Source: an uncultured Desulfobacteraceae bacterium
Lineage (GTDB): Bacteria > Desulfobacterota > Desulfobacteria > Desulfobacterales > UBA5852
Length of the DNA: 47,141 nt
Direction of reading: 5' to 3'
Assembly: GCA_964392545.1 (NCBI GenBank)
Contig: CAYMQN010000001.1
Coordinates: 16,171-63,311, forward strand
Below the pieces are notes generated by a model that was not told the origin of the DNA, searched no databases, and worked only from the letters and a program-made list of their open reading frames with translations. Of this stretch, positions 46,674-47,141 are shown one piece after another. Made by a program: the position numbers and the translations under genes. How positions within the stretch are numbered: position 1 is the stretch's first letter; each line of letters starts with the position of its first letter.

Positions 46674-46711
46674 GCACAGCAAATTGGGCAGTGTTGCCCA
46701 ATTTGCTGTGC
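46674..46711. repeat. Perfect 17+17 bp palindrome with a 4-nt centre
   Basis: GCACAGCAAATTGGGCA-GTGT-TGCCCAATTTGCTGTGC, checked base by base. It lies 109 nt upstream of the sigma-54 activator start (46565) and 224 nt upstream of the ATG at 46935. Confidence 0.85.
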
Positions 46712-46934
46712 ACTTTAGGGCCGCGGCGACCGCAATGGCCCCAAAGGACCGTGGAAGGTGGTCTTGTGGCTTGATCATCAGGGGGGAGTCCTATATGGAA
46801 AATCAGGGCAGGGGCCATCCAGCGCTGTGCGGCGGGACCAGGTGACAAAAAGCGACCATTTCTGGATGGCCACCAAAGCAGCTGCCAAACGCCGGTATCC
46901 CTAAGCCGGCGGCCTTCGGCTATTGAGAGGAGGG

Positions 46935-47141
46935 ATGGTATTGGCCGCGAACGATTCTGAACCCCATTGCAATCCGGATGCGACGATCATGGCCCTCGCC
47001 GAGGCAATCCGCCATGCCGGTGATCTGGCCCCTCTCATGACCGGCAGCCTCGACGCGCGAATCGAAACCATCATCGCCCTGTGTAAGGGATTGCCGGCCA
47101 TCGCGGCGGCCGCAGTTCATCTGGTGGATGAAGAGGCGAGG
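46935..47141 (+). CDS. Partial CDS (N-terminus only), possibly a GAF-type sensory domain protein
   Basis: ATG at 46935 after GAGAGGAGGG. MVLAANDSEPHCNPDATIMALAEAIRHAGDLAPLMTGSLDARIETIIALCKGLPAIAAAAVHLVDEEAR stays open to the window end. It is not in the ORF track because it is truncated. Confidence 0.4.
   Translation, partial: MVLAANDSEPHCNPDATIMALAEAIRHAGDLAPLMTGSLDARIETIIALCKGLPAIAAAAVHLVDEEAR

Noticed and set aside
1-47141. Scan for CRISPR arrays, tRNA/rRNA genes, transposases, integrases, reverse transcriptases, toxin-antitoxin pairs and known defence-system genes.
   Set aside because: None was recognised by eye on either strand. Gene content is housekeeping and regulatory, and there are no compositionally foreign islands beyond short AT-rich promoter regions. 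A computational scan (tRNAscan-SE, Rfam, PADLOC/DefenseFinder) would be needed to exclude them formally.

Overview
High-GC bacterial chromosomal window whose gene content points to a sulfate/sulfite-reducing member of the Desulfobacterota (inference). Most of it is core metabolism and housekeeping. Minus strand: partial ABM-domain gene, an HDAC-fold gene that appears to lack its catalytic core, rlmI, an alpha/beta hydrolase, a translationally coupled PaaI thioesterase plus split ADP-forming acyl-CoA synthetase, and a membrane zinc-ribbon/HExxHxxGxxD protein. Also on the minus strand: a SAM-I riboswitch-controlled metY-metX-metW-thioesterase operon, an rplU-rpmA-obg-proB-nadD-rsfS operon, and a complete dsrMKJOP operon preceded by an RsbRD_N-like gene, a NifU/IscU-like gene and a sigma-54 activator. 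Plus strand: usp and GAF genes, a UPF0173 hydrolase with fabH, a large 7TM-PAS hybrid histidine kinase, a lexA-imuB-dnaE2 mutagenesis cassette and fdhD. I found no rRNA, tRNA, CRISPR array, transposase, integrase or recognisable defence system. The most system-like unexplained locus is at 11.7-17.0 kb. There, a histidine kinase, a lipoprotein and a sigma-54 response regulator (the QseE/G/F or GlrK/QseG/GlrR gene order) sit next to a 685-bp AT-richer intergenic region. That region has two divergent near-consensus sigma-54 promoters, each driving a small signal-peptide protein, one of them together with a REC-only protein. Other items worth a second look: a TTTACAT direct-repeat array on the lexA promoter, a 23-bp perfect inverted repeat (148-bp element) spanning the imuB stop codon, a 17+17 bp perfect palindrome next to the second sigma-54 activator, and the accessory genes upstream of dsrMKJOP. 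All calls come from reading the sequence and ORF translations by eye. No database search was run, so family names are recognition-based and promoter coordinates are approximate.
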